Positions 26,931-38,400 of a stretch of 64,000 nucleotides of DNA are shown piece after piece. The stretch comes from Anolis carolinensis (taxonomy: Eukaryota). The notes under the pieces are model-generated. The model had not been told where the DNA came from. It made no database searches and worked only from the letters and a program-made list of their open reading frames with translations. A program made the position numbers and the translations under genes. The stretch spans positions 30,976,782 through 31,040,781 of the forward strand of contig NC_085842.1 in assembly GCF_035594765.1 (NCBI RefSeq). Reading direction: 5' to 3'. Each line of letters begins with the position of its first letter. The first letter of the stretch is position 1.

Positions 26931-27350
26931 ACACTTCCCACCAAGCATCACTACTGGAATAGTTCCGCGATTGACCAGAGTATAGATCAGGCACGGGCAA
27001 ACTTCAGCCCTACAGGCTGTTAGGAATTGTAGGAGTTGAAGTCCAAAACACCTGAAGGGCCGAAGTTTGCCCATGGTTGGTATTTCAAGTGGCAGAGCTG
27101 TTTGGGCCTCTCAAAATTCCTGACTATTGAACAAGTTGGCGAGGGCTTCTGGAACTTGGGGGCCCAAACAGTTGGAGGGCCGCAGTTTGAAGGTGCCTGT
27201 TGTATTCCAACTAGATCAGTACGACAGATATTCAAATGGGTTCTTAATGGGCCATGTCTGTGCGTATGGCAGATTTCAAAGCCATATGTCCCAACTTTGT
27301 TGGTCCTTCTGACCATTTTCAAGACTTAATGTTATTGAGAAGATTGTAAT

Positions 27351-27995
27351 ACAGTAGAGTCTCACTTATCCAACACTCGCTTATCCAACATTCTGGATTA
27401 TCCAATGCATTTTTGTAGTCAATGTTTTCAATACATTGTGATATTTTGGTGCTAAATTCATAAATACAGTAATTACTACATACAGTACAGTCTCACTTAT
27501 CCAATGTAAACGGGCCGGCAGAACATTGGATAAGCGAATATATTGGATAATAAGGAGAGATTAAGGAAAAGCCCATTAAACATCAAATTAGGTTATGATT
27601 TTACAAATTTAGCACCAAAACATCATGTTATACAGCAAATATGACAGAAAAAGTAGTTCAATACGCAGTAATGTTATGGTAGTAATTACTGTATTTACAA
27701 ATTTAGCACCAAAATATCATGATGTATTGAAAACATTGACTACAAAAATGTATTGGATAATCCAGAACGTTGGATAAGCGAGTGTTGGATAAGTGAGACT
27801 ACTGTAGCATTAATGTGTAATGAACTACTTTTTCTGTCAAATTTGTTGTATAACATGATGTTTTGGTGCTTAATTTGTAAAATGATAACCTAATTTGATG
27901 TTTAATAGGCTTTTCCTTAATTTCTCCTTATCCAACATACTCGCTTATCCAACGTTCTGCTGGCCCGTTTATGTTGGATAAGTGAGACTCTACTG
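27351..27995. mobile_element. Tc1/mariner-type MITE with a same-family copy nested inside
   Basis: TIR CAGTAGAGTCTCACTTATCCAA, TA-flanked; inner copy at about 27483-27804. Confidence 0.85.
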
Positions 27996-28280
27996 TATGT
28001 GTATGTGGCTACCTAGACTAATGAGCCCAGTTTTCTTTGTACAGACCATGGGTACCTGTTGACTTTTGATCCAACTTCTATAGATAAATTTGCTGGCTCC
28101 AGATTTGCAGTAACAACCATAGTTATCCAGTTATTGTTTCTTATTATTTTTGATGAGGGGCAGTCAGTCTCTTGGCAGTATTTATCGTGTCGGAAGCAAA
28201 CCGAGGGTACAAGTTGTAATGTATTTGAAAACACAAACATTTTTTTAAAACCTGTCATTATACTAAATGTCCATTGACCA

Positions 28281-28580
28281 TTAGCTGGCCACTGGTGTTG
28301 CTATAAGAAGGTTCTCCATTTTGCATGTGGCAGGGCTCAGGCTGCATTGTAGTAGGTGGTCTGTGGTTTGCTCTTCTCCACAATCACATGTCGTGAACTC
28401 CACTCTGTAGCCCTGTTTCTTAAGGTTGGCTCTGCATCTCGTGGTGCCAGAGTGCAGTCTGTTCAGCGCCTTCCAAGTTTCCCAGCCTTCTGTGTGTCCA
28501 GGAGGCAGTCTCTCATCCGGGGGCTCCGGACAGGCTAAACTGGTCAGTATCTGCACCACTAGCACTTTAAATCTAGCCCA
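28281..28580 (-). mobile_element. Non-LTR retrotransposon C-terminal fragment (ingi/Vingi-like)
   Basis: WKALNRLHSGTTRCRANLKK.GY...CDCGEEQTTDHLLQC zinc knuckle. Confidence 0.65.
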
Positions 28581-28584
28581 CCAG

Positions 28585-28843
28585 AGCCCCCGGTGGCATA
28601 ATGGCAGGCTGATGATTTGGAGGTTGGGTTGCTGACCTGAAGGTTGTCGGTTTGAATCCAACCCAGGGAGAGCACAGATGAGCTCCCTCTGTCAGCTCCA
28701 GCTCCATGCAGGGACATGAGAGAGGCCTCCCACAAGGATGGTAAAACATCAAACATCTGGGCGTCCCCTGGGCAACGTGACAACCAATTCTCTCACACCA
28801 TAAACAACTTACAATTTCTCAAGTCGCTCCTGACACGAAAAAA
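28585..28843 (+). mobile_element. tRNA-derived SINE (Anolis SINE2-like)
   Basis: Same family as 8664; flanking repeat ATCTAGCCCA. Confidence 0.8.
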
Positions 28844-31800
28844 CATCTAGCCCATCACCCTTCTCTTCTCATGTAAACTCTCACAGCCAAGGCTAGGCTA
28901 CCCCTTGTCTTTAGTTCCCTGTTGAGTTCTTCAGGTTCAGCTAACAAAAAGTCACATTAGTACGTTCAGTATTTGGGGAGGGGGGAATAGGAAACAATAA
29001 ATAGGTTGCCAATCTTTAGATTTTTAAAGATAACATTTTATGCTATTCAGAGAGTCTTCCCAACTGACCAAATGGCAAAAGACAATATTTGTGTAAAACT
29101 AGAAGAATTCTTGGAAAGGCGGGGGGGGGGGGGGGCACACAAGATTGTATGTACCATTCCTGGCCCTGTGGCCACAGAAATTTCACTATGTCACATAAAG
29201 AAAATTTCCCTTTAGCAATGGTGAATGGAAGTTTTCAATTTGACATCTAGTTTGTGGCATATTTTTCATGACCACAAACCTGATTTGAATATGAATAAAC
29301 AAAAACTATCAAAAACTATCTGGTTCCAGGTTGATTTAGAGCAGCCATGTTGCTTTCACTGATTTTACTTTGAAGTATGATTAACATTTGTAACTTGCCC
29401 ATTGAGAGCACATGAGCACATTTTTTTTACAAATTAGAAAAAAATGCACAAATGATATAAAAAGTCTTCTTTTATTACAGGTTCTATTGAAGATTTGGCT
29501 AACTTTGGTTGTTGTGGAAGACATTTTGTGATCGGTTCAAACGTTATTTCTCCAGATTGACACCTTTGGCTAAAAGTTGTCTATAGCTTTGTTCTGGTGG
29601 GTAAAACTTTGTTTTATTAATAATTCCATTTAAAGGCTATTGATGTCTGTTTTTAATGGATTGTGCTAGATATTGTGTATGAATCAACAGAAGACAGAAT
29701 TGATTCTGTGAAGGATTCCCATATCCACATGGGCTTCACAATTCTGGGGCTCTTTCTCAGGCCAAAAGATGATGCATGTATTAATACATTTTATTTGTTA
29801 TCTGCCTTTCCTTACTGCTCAAGGCGGGGCACAACACAGTTACATTCATCATTATAAAAGACATTCAATAAAATCAATATATTGAAACACATTCCTTTAA
29901 AATACATATTAAAATATATGGAACAAAGGATAAAATATAATAGTCATACAATGCAAATTTGAAAGCCATGGTTTAAAATTGAGTGAAGATAAAGATGTCT
30001 CAGAAGATTATAATATGGATTATAATATAGAAATGCTACAATTTTAACACATAATTTATAGTATAATCAATTATAATATTGTAAGCCGCCCTGAGTCCCT
30101 ATGGATGAGAAGAGCGTGGTAAAAGTGATGTAAATACATAAATAAATAACTATTATAATAAAATATTTGTATGTTTAGAATGTTATTGTATTCCTAGAAT
30201 TCACCTTTTTGAAAAAAAATTATTCATTTTTCAAGTGCATTACATAAAAGGGAAAGATACCATCTGTAAACAGGAAATGAATAACAAAGAGAGAAAGAAA
30301 AAAGAAAGGGGGGGGGGAAGGTTTCAGGATGTATTTTGGTCTTCCGTTCTTTGTTCTTCACGTTGTTATTATTCTATTCAATTTATTATTTTCAAGTTTT
30401 CTAGACTCATCCATATTTATTTGAGTCCTCAGGAACTCTTAGTTATGTTCAAGGCCTTTGCTTGTTCTTATATTCTTCATATTTCTTCCAATCTGTTGTT
30501 TTTAATATTTTTCCTTTACTTTCTTTTAATAGGAAGGTCAACCTTCCTAGAATTCACTTTTGTTTAGAAATTCTAAAAGACTTTAAATATATTTTCAGGA
30601 ATTTCTATTTTCTTGGAATTCGAGCTTGAAATTAGTGTGTATCTTATATTTGAGGGTGTCTTAGAATCGAAAAAATATAGTCTTTCACTGTTCCTCTCAA
30701 AATGCAGTCTATTCTTGGTCCCCCCCTCTCTCTCTGCCTCTAACTGGCCCTATCTGAGTGATTAACAGCCAAGGTTCTGGTTTTATACCCTTCAATCCAC
30801 CTCTCATAGCATTCCAAAGACTCTGATTGGCTGGTTTTGCTCAGACTTGCCAGATAGACATCCCTCTTTTATAGAACTGAAATAGTATTACAGTACTAAT
30901 AGATACTACGGCATAGAGATGGAAGAGGATGATAAGAGAGAATCTGTTCAAGTACTAACATTGTGACATAAATACTCACTGACAAATACTTCCATAAAAA
31001 GCAACAATATTTGAGTAGAATGTCTTTGATACATAATTGTCCAAATCTGGAAATAGACTGAAGCACCGCTGACTGAGGAATGGATAATCACTGTTGCTGA
31101 GTGAATGGATCACCACTATTGTTACTGGGCATTTAAAGGAAAAAAATGGAAGATATTTTTGAAAGCTTGGAAGTTATTTTTGGACTGTTTCAGCAATAAG
31201 AAACCTAATGATCTAATAATCTAGTTGGTAGGATCTGCTATGATATAACTATATATTTGTATGTGGATTCTTTTTTTAAAAAAAAATCTATTAATTACAG
31301 TTAAGATTGGTGGGTCATGGCCCTATTGTGCTTTAATTATATGTCTTTCCCCCTTCTCTTTCTAGCTCTCCATCATTTCACTTTTTCTCTTTAATATCAT
31401 TATTATTGTTATTTATACTTGGCTTTTTCTCTCCGCAAGGAGACTCAAAGCAGCTTATTGTCTGTAACTTGTTTTTTTTTAAATGAATATAAAACAGCAG
31501 AAAACAAGCTCTAGTAGTAAGTGTACACTCTTATATCCTATCCCAACAGTATATGTGCAACAATCTTAGTGTACTGTGTCAAAGAAGAACAATCTGTCCC
31601 TGCCATCTAAAAGAACCAGAATCGGAAGAACAGGTTTTTACAGGACCCTTTAACCAACCAGGTATATACACATTAATTCAGCATTAAATTGGGATACAGA
31701 GAACCAACTTTCTATAGAAGGACATTTGTTTTTCTGGACCAGTGACCATGTTGGCTGAGGGCTTCTGCTTATTGCAGTCCCCAAAGTAATATTTCTTCCA

Positions 31801-32039
31801 CATCATGAGTTAAATTTAGTAACGTTTGGAGGATGGGGTGTAAAGTTAGGTTTCTTTTGCTACTTTCTCAAGAAGAAACCCAAAAGGATAGATCCACATG
31901 GCTGTAAGAAGAGGCCTTCCACGCTACAGAGTTATAGCCCTATGATTCCATTTTAACTGCCATAGTAACATTCTGTCGAATCCTGGGATTTGCAGTGGGG
32001 GAGGGGGCTATTTAGAATTCTTTGCTAGAATGCCATGAT

Positions 32040-32400
32040 ACCTAGAATCATAGAATTGGAAGAGACCCCAAATGCTATCCAGTTCAACTCCATTCTGCTG
32101 TGCAGGAAAACACAATTAAAGCACTTTTTATAGTTAGCCATCCAGGCTCTGCTTAAAAACATCAGAAGAAGGAAACTCCACCACACTCTGAGGCAGCAGG
32201 ATATTCCACTGCTGATCAGAAATGTCTTCCTAATGTTTAGGTAGAATCTCTTTTCTTGCCATTTGAATCCATTGCTCTGTGTTCTTGCCTTCAGAGCAGC
32301 AGAGAACAAGCTTTCTTCCTTCTCAATCTGACATCCTTCCAAATAATTAAACATGGCTATTGTGTCACCTCTTAGCCTTTTCTTCTCCAGGTTAAACACA
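32040..32400 (-). mobile_element. CR1 LINE 3' fragment
   Basis: FNLEKKRLRGDTIAMFNYL...RTQSNGFK motif. Confidence 0.8.
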
Positions 32401-33019
32401 CCTATTGTCCTGAGAGTGGATCTACACAGAAGAATTAATGCAGTTTGAAATCACTTTAACTCCCATGGCTCAAAGCAGTGGAATTCTGGGAGTTGAAGTT
32501 TGATGAGACAACACTCTTTTGCAGAGTAGGCTAAAAGAGTAGGCTTGTCAAATAATGACCCCCATGATTTCATAGCATTGAGCTATGACAGTAAAATTGG
32601 TGTCAAACTGCATTAATTCTGCAGTGAATATGCACCCTGCACAGTTTTCCACATTATTTGGCTTCCAGACCTTTTATCATTCTGGTTACCTTTCTCTGGA
32701 AACATTCCAGCTTGTTAATATTTTTCAGTTTACCTCATCCTAAGATTCCACAGGCTGTTGCCATGATATTTAGCATGGAAACATAGTGCTATGACCGTGC
32801 AATTGGAAAGGGCCCATAAACAGACCATGCTCCAAACATACATCAAGTGTACCTGGAAAGAAATGTTAACACCAAGGTGAGAGTGCTGTGAAATTATATA
32901 TAAATGAATAGAAATTGTTCTCTTGCAGAGACCATTGATGATAAACTTCTTTCTAAAAAATACGAGAGGAGAAAAGGATAGTGGACTGTGAGGATCCCAC
33001 GAAAGCTGAAACAAACAGT

Positions 33020-33209
33020 ATGACACCTAGCAATGGAAACTATGGAAATGGACCAAAGATGACAGAAAAGGTGGCACAGAGCAATGGAAATGCCGCAAAT
33101 GGACCAAAGACTGCAGATCAGGTGGAACAGGGCAATGGAGACTCTGAAAATCGACCACAGCCTCTAGAACAAATGGGATTGCTGGATCAAAACATGAAGA
33201 AAGCAACTG
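33020..33209 (+). CDS. C-type lectin coding exon 1, cytoplasmic tail
   Basis: Acceptor at 32928, first ATG at 33020, phase-1 donor G|GTAAGT. Confidence 0.75.
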
Positions 33210-35347
33210 GTAAGTTACTGTTTCTGTTTAATAAGATAAGAGGATTGAGATTGTGCCTAGAATAAATGTTTCTGCCAAGAGCTGGAGGAGAATTGAAAAC
33301 GATACAGGTTTTATTGTCTGAGGAGTGGGAAACTGGTCTCTGGACTGCCTTAGTACCCAATCCTTTCTTACATTCCCAGGACAACCTGAAAGCATTCTTA
33401 CGTCCCGATTTTTCTTAAAAAATAGATGAAAGTGATAAAAAATACAGCAGATTAGGTTGCTTGTCCTTCATTACCCCTTGATTTTTTTAATTGATAAGGA
33501 ATGGTAATTTTTTATTGAACAATGAAACAAGAAGTAATGTCACATCTGCTTTGAGTCACTTGGCACAAGGTAGTATTCTCTGATAAGGGATTGTACAGGG
33601 TCCAAAACTGCCTGCCAGCCCAAGTGCCATCTTAATCCTTGTTCTTCATGGTTTAGTTAGTGACATACTATACATACTTGTGTGTAAATCGATCTCACAT
33701 GTTTGGTGAGGACAGGTTTGGGGCCCAACATTAAGGATTGTGATATGACTTGTGAAAAGGCCTGTGGATCTGTATGTGATGCTTCTTTTCAGATACTGAG
33801 TGCTCTGCATAGCACATGTGTCTGTTCACAGCCAGTTCATCATCATGATATATCATGCAGCGATTCACAGTAGTTATCCCCTTTATTGAAGGAATGTACA
33901 CTCAGTATGTATTTCTTTCTCTTAGATGGAGGATGGAAAGCCAAATGGAGCAAGACCTGGTTTAAGGCTGTGATTTTTTCAGTCATACTTGTTACTAGCA
34001 ATGTTGTTACTGCCTTCATTAGTGAGTTCTCAATGTCTTTCTTATCTATTTTATTTGATTACCACCTGTCTGTCATAGTTCTGTTTCAGAATTCATTGGT
34101 TTCCAGTTTTTCTTCAATACTAAGACACCATTGATTGTAACATGCAAACTAATTTCAGTACCACCAAGAGGGGAAAAAAACTACCGTATTTTTCGCTTTA
34201 TAAGACGCACCTGATGATAAGACGCACCTAGTTTTCAGAGGAGGAAAATGGGGAAAAATAATTTGAACTAAAAGATGACCCACACGTTCTTGTGAAATGC
34301 CAATTATGCTTGAAATTTTTCTCTGAGTGATACGACTATCATCCTGAGTCAATCTGTCAAACTTTTGCTTGTGAAACTCGGTGGTTGTTGTCATAGGACG
34401 TCCAACTCTTTGTTTGTCACTTTCCAAATTGACCGGCGAGCGGGGGTCCCGGATCATGGCCTCCAGCTTCCTCCGCCGGCCCGGGAGCAGCGCGTCTTCC
34501 CCGCTGGCGGGCGCTTGCGGGGCGGGTATTTTCCCCGGCGAGGCCGCCGGCTGCTGTGGGGGCCGGTAGTTCATGCCTAGCCCTTCCTCCTCCTCCTCCT
34601 CCTCCTCCGCTGGCTTCCTGGCGATGGCGGCTGCTCGGCTTCGAGGGGGGAGGAGGAGAAGGCAGGCGCAGCGGCGGTGGCAACAAGCGAGGGGCGCCTC
34701 CCGCCGCCAGCGCCTCCTGCGGGGCCTACTCCGAGAAATCCAGGCGGCGGCTCAGTCCCGGCCTGGACCGGCCAGGCCTCTTCTGCCTCGGAGGGAAGGG
34801 AGGGAGGCGAAGGCGAGAGAGAGCAAGAGAGGCCCGCCCTCAGCAGCCGGGGGGAGGAGGAGGAGGAGGACGGCCCCTTCCCCCCGCTCGCTCTCCGTTC
34901 CCAGAGCCAAGGAAATGGGCTCAATGGCGCCTCCCAAACTCTCCTCTTCTTCTTAGGCGGGAAAACAAGTCGCGTCCCTTCCCCTCAAATCCCTGAGGGG
35001 ATTTGGAGCAGCTTACAACAGTGTAAATACTCATCCATATTGAGAAACAGTACTGGTTGCATCCCCTCCCCGCCCCACCCTTCCAAGGGAAAAGTCATCG
35101 GCAGCAGCACGTGAGGTCATATTGCGTTTATAAGACGCACTGACTTTTTCCCTCTATTTTGGGGGGGGGGGGGGGAAAGTGTGTCTTATAAAGCGAAAAA
35201 TACGGTATATACATGCAGTCCCTAAGTTACAAACAACATAGGTTCTGTTGGTTCTTTCTTAAGTTGAATTGTATGTACGTCAGAACAGGAACATTTTCTA
35301 GCTGTATTCCCCCCCCCCCCCTCTCAATCTCCCCCTTTCCTCCCCCC

Positions 35348-35429
<82 letters not shown>

Positions 35430-38400
35430 TTTCAAATGCATAGGAAAGGGTTATCATCCCTGTGGTGTTTGTTTTGCTTTCTGTGCCCCTGTTCAGAAGA
35501 TTTCATCTCACTTTCTGTTCCTGTGATAATTAGATTTTGAAAACTTTGGCTTGTTGTGGAAACAAGGATTGGTGAGAAAGTTTCAGTGGAGACATTTTTC
35601 CCCATAGCTCTTTCAGGAGTGTATTTCCCTTCTGAGGAGGAGATTTCTCTCTCTTCCTGTTGTCTCGCCCCCCCCCCCCTTAAGTATGAGTCATTTGTAA
35701 GTCATATGTTGCACACGTGCATGCCTTCAAATTGCTTTTCAACTTATGGTGATCTCATTAATTTCATAAAGTTTTCACAGGCAAGGAGTACTCAAAGGTG
35801 TTATGACTGGGAGTAGAGATGTTACCTTGAAAAATGCCTATTTCTCTGTATTTGCTTAATTAAGGGCAGAGGCAAGAGATGGCATTTGCGGACAAGAGAG
35901 GTGTGAAGTTTCACCATTGTTTGTATTCATTCTTTCTACCTTAATTCTTTCCCCAAACAACCTCCCCCCAGCTGGCCTGACTTCCATTCTCTGAACTCAG
36001 CTAGATTAAAAAGGTCTCAGGGAGGGACTAATATAGATGGAAAGACAGAAGTGTACTGCCCTTCTCTTTCTACTTGCCTGTTCTACTCTGCAAACATTGA
36101 TTAAAAGTCTACACTGGTCTACATTTTGTAATTTTACAACTTCATATGTACACTGCAGAAATGCAATACAACTCTGTTAGTGAATGGCAAAGATGCATAT
36201 CTGAGCATTGGCAAGAGTTATATGATGTCTGCTGGGTGCTCCCGAAGCACATTCAACATTTTCCGTGCTCATTGAGCATATCTGATGTAGTCTGGCGTTT
36301 CTTAGCTCGTGTCCAGATGCACATTGGGGTTGCCTTGATGTGAATCAGTCTCAGCACTGGCTACTATTGCTCAAAAACATGTGTTGGTTGTAATGACATA
36401 GGACCCCCTATACTTACATGGACATTGCAAAACTATTCACTTCTATTTCATGCTCATGTAAATCCATTTAGAAAGATGTCTGGCCGAATAAGAATGTTGA
36501 CCAATTTAGGATTTGTGTTTTCATATAGATACAGGTTTGCATCACACTATATTTGCCTCGGGGCCCCTGGTGGCACAGAGTGTTAAAGCGCTGAGCTGTT
36601 GAACTTGCGGACCAAAGGGTCCCAGGTTCAAATCCCAGGAGCGGAATGAGCGCCCGCTGTTAGCCCCAGCTCCTGCCAATCTAGCAGTTCGAAAACATGC
36701 AAATGTGAGTAGATCAATAGGTACCGCTCTGGTGGGAAGGTAACGGCGCTCCATGCAGTCATGCTGGCCACATGACCTGGAGATATCTATGGACAATGCT
36801 GGCTCTTCGGCTTAGAAATGGAGATGAGCACCAACCCCCAGAGTCGGTCACAACTGGACTTAACGTCAGGGAAAAATTTTACCTTTTATATTTGCCTCAC
36901 ATCATGTAGTAATGCTTTCAGCCTATCCTAAACCCCCTTTTATAGTCTTTTCTCTCTCAGTCCCCTCAGCCACCAGCAGCAGCTCATTCAGACTGAGGGA
37001 GGCTTTACTACATTAGATGCTATGGCATTTAAATTTGCATACTCCAGCCTTCTTCCTGTTGTCCTGAAATGGAAGACAGAGCAAGATGGAAAGTTACTTG
37101 CATGCAAGCAATTAATGTGCATCATTCTAAAAATATGAACTGCTGGCACAGAAGATCCTTGGCGTCTATCAATATTCAGTATCAATTGAAGTTTTCAAGG
37201 GCAGGTGCACAGAAAGCACATTTTGTTATATTCAGTTTGAAAGTCTCTGGGTGCAAAGACAACTAGGAGGAAATTAATCTTCCCCAGATATGGTCACAGC
37301 TGTTATATTAGCCTTGGTTGAAAAGAGGTACTTCTAGCCCTTGACATTCTCTGTCAGGATCATCCTACCTACCTGCCTACTGCTCCATCTCCCTGCCAAA
37401 AAAGAGGGGGAGGCTGGGAAGATTAATGGGGAATGTAGGATAGGTAAGACCATCTATTATTTTGAAAATTGAAACTGTAGTTAGAAAACCGTGAGAATGG
37501 AGTTTGCCCAGTGGGGAGGTGGTCTGACACTCTCTGCTTGTGCAGATAGCACCAAATCCTTGAGTTCCTCCAATTGCAAGCATTTTTCTCCAAAAATTAG
37601 TGCAATCAATAAAGTGAGACTTACTAAATTGAGCCCAAGGGCTGAATTCCAATTTGGAAAAGCTCTCTTTGTATGTATGTGTTGTATGTGTGTGTGTCAT
37701 GGGGTGGGATGCGAACAAAGCAAAATAGATGGGGTCAGGAGTAGTTCTAATCAGATTTCAAGTCTGCAAAAAAGAGCTTAATTCAATGCCAAAGCTTTGT
37801 GACCTTTAAATACTCCCTTATTAGTAAAAATAAGAAGTGGAAGTAGGCCTGAGGTTCATTGTCCTTTAACTAAATTCTTATTCTTTTCTTTGTTTTAGGT
37901 GTAACCATGACCAAATCATCTGTCCCACACCCAGTAATAATGGTCCTCTCCTGTCCTTCAGGATGGGTTGGATATGAAGGCAAATGCTACTACTTTTCTG
38001 AATCAGAAACAAACTGGAACTTGAGCCAGAGCAATTGCTCTGCATCTGGTGCTTCCCTGGTTACAATTGAAAATCAAAAGGAGATGGTAAGGGAGACTTT
38101 CAGACTGCATAGTAAGGGTTTTGTACCCTGTATAAGGTGCTAACAAGCATCTGTGGGATCTGAATGCAATGAACCTGTGCAACGTTGAACTCATGATGGT
38201 GGTAGAGGCTTGTTGCATGATTGGAATACTTGCCAGAGTGAAAACTAGAGAAGGCTCTTACGCCTTTCATGATTGTGTGAAATAAGGGATTTCAGCAAGT
38301 ATAAAAAACAACACTAAGTTTCCTTCCTCAAGTGGCAAGGAAAGGCAGGTAATCAGTAAGTGATGATGACGTTTCTTCTTGAAGGAAACAATGAGTATTT

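Larger units (their letters stand above)
34184..35205. mobile_element. Non-autonomous Tc1/mariner-superfamily (pogo/Tc2-like) element carrying captured host sequence
   Basis: 27-bp TIR CCGTATTTTTCGCTTTATAAGAC(G/A)CAC; TA on both sides (34182-83 and 35206-07); subterminal ATAAGACGCAC repeats. Confidence 0.9.

Noticed and set aside
34419-34990. The true ROCK2 gene starting here
   Set aside because: The exon is cut before any splice donor, is enclosed by TIRs, and no kinase-domain exons follow on the minus strand.
36961-37020. Extra stalk exon of the lectin after an acceptor-like site
   Set aside because: The required frame reaches TAG with no donor, and exons 2 and 3 already join in frame.
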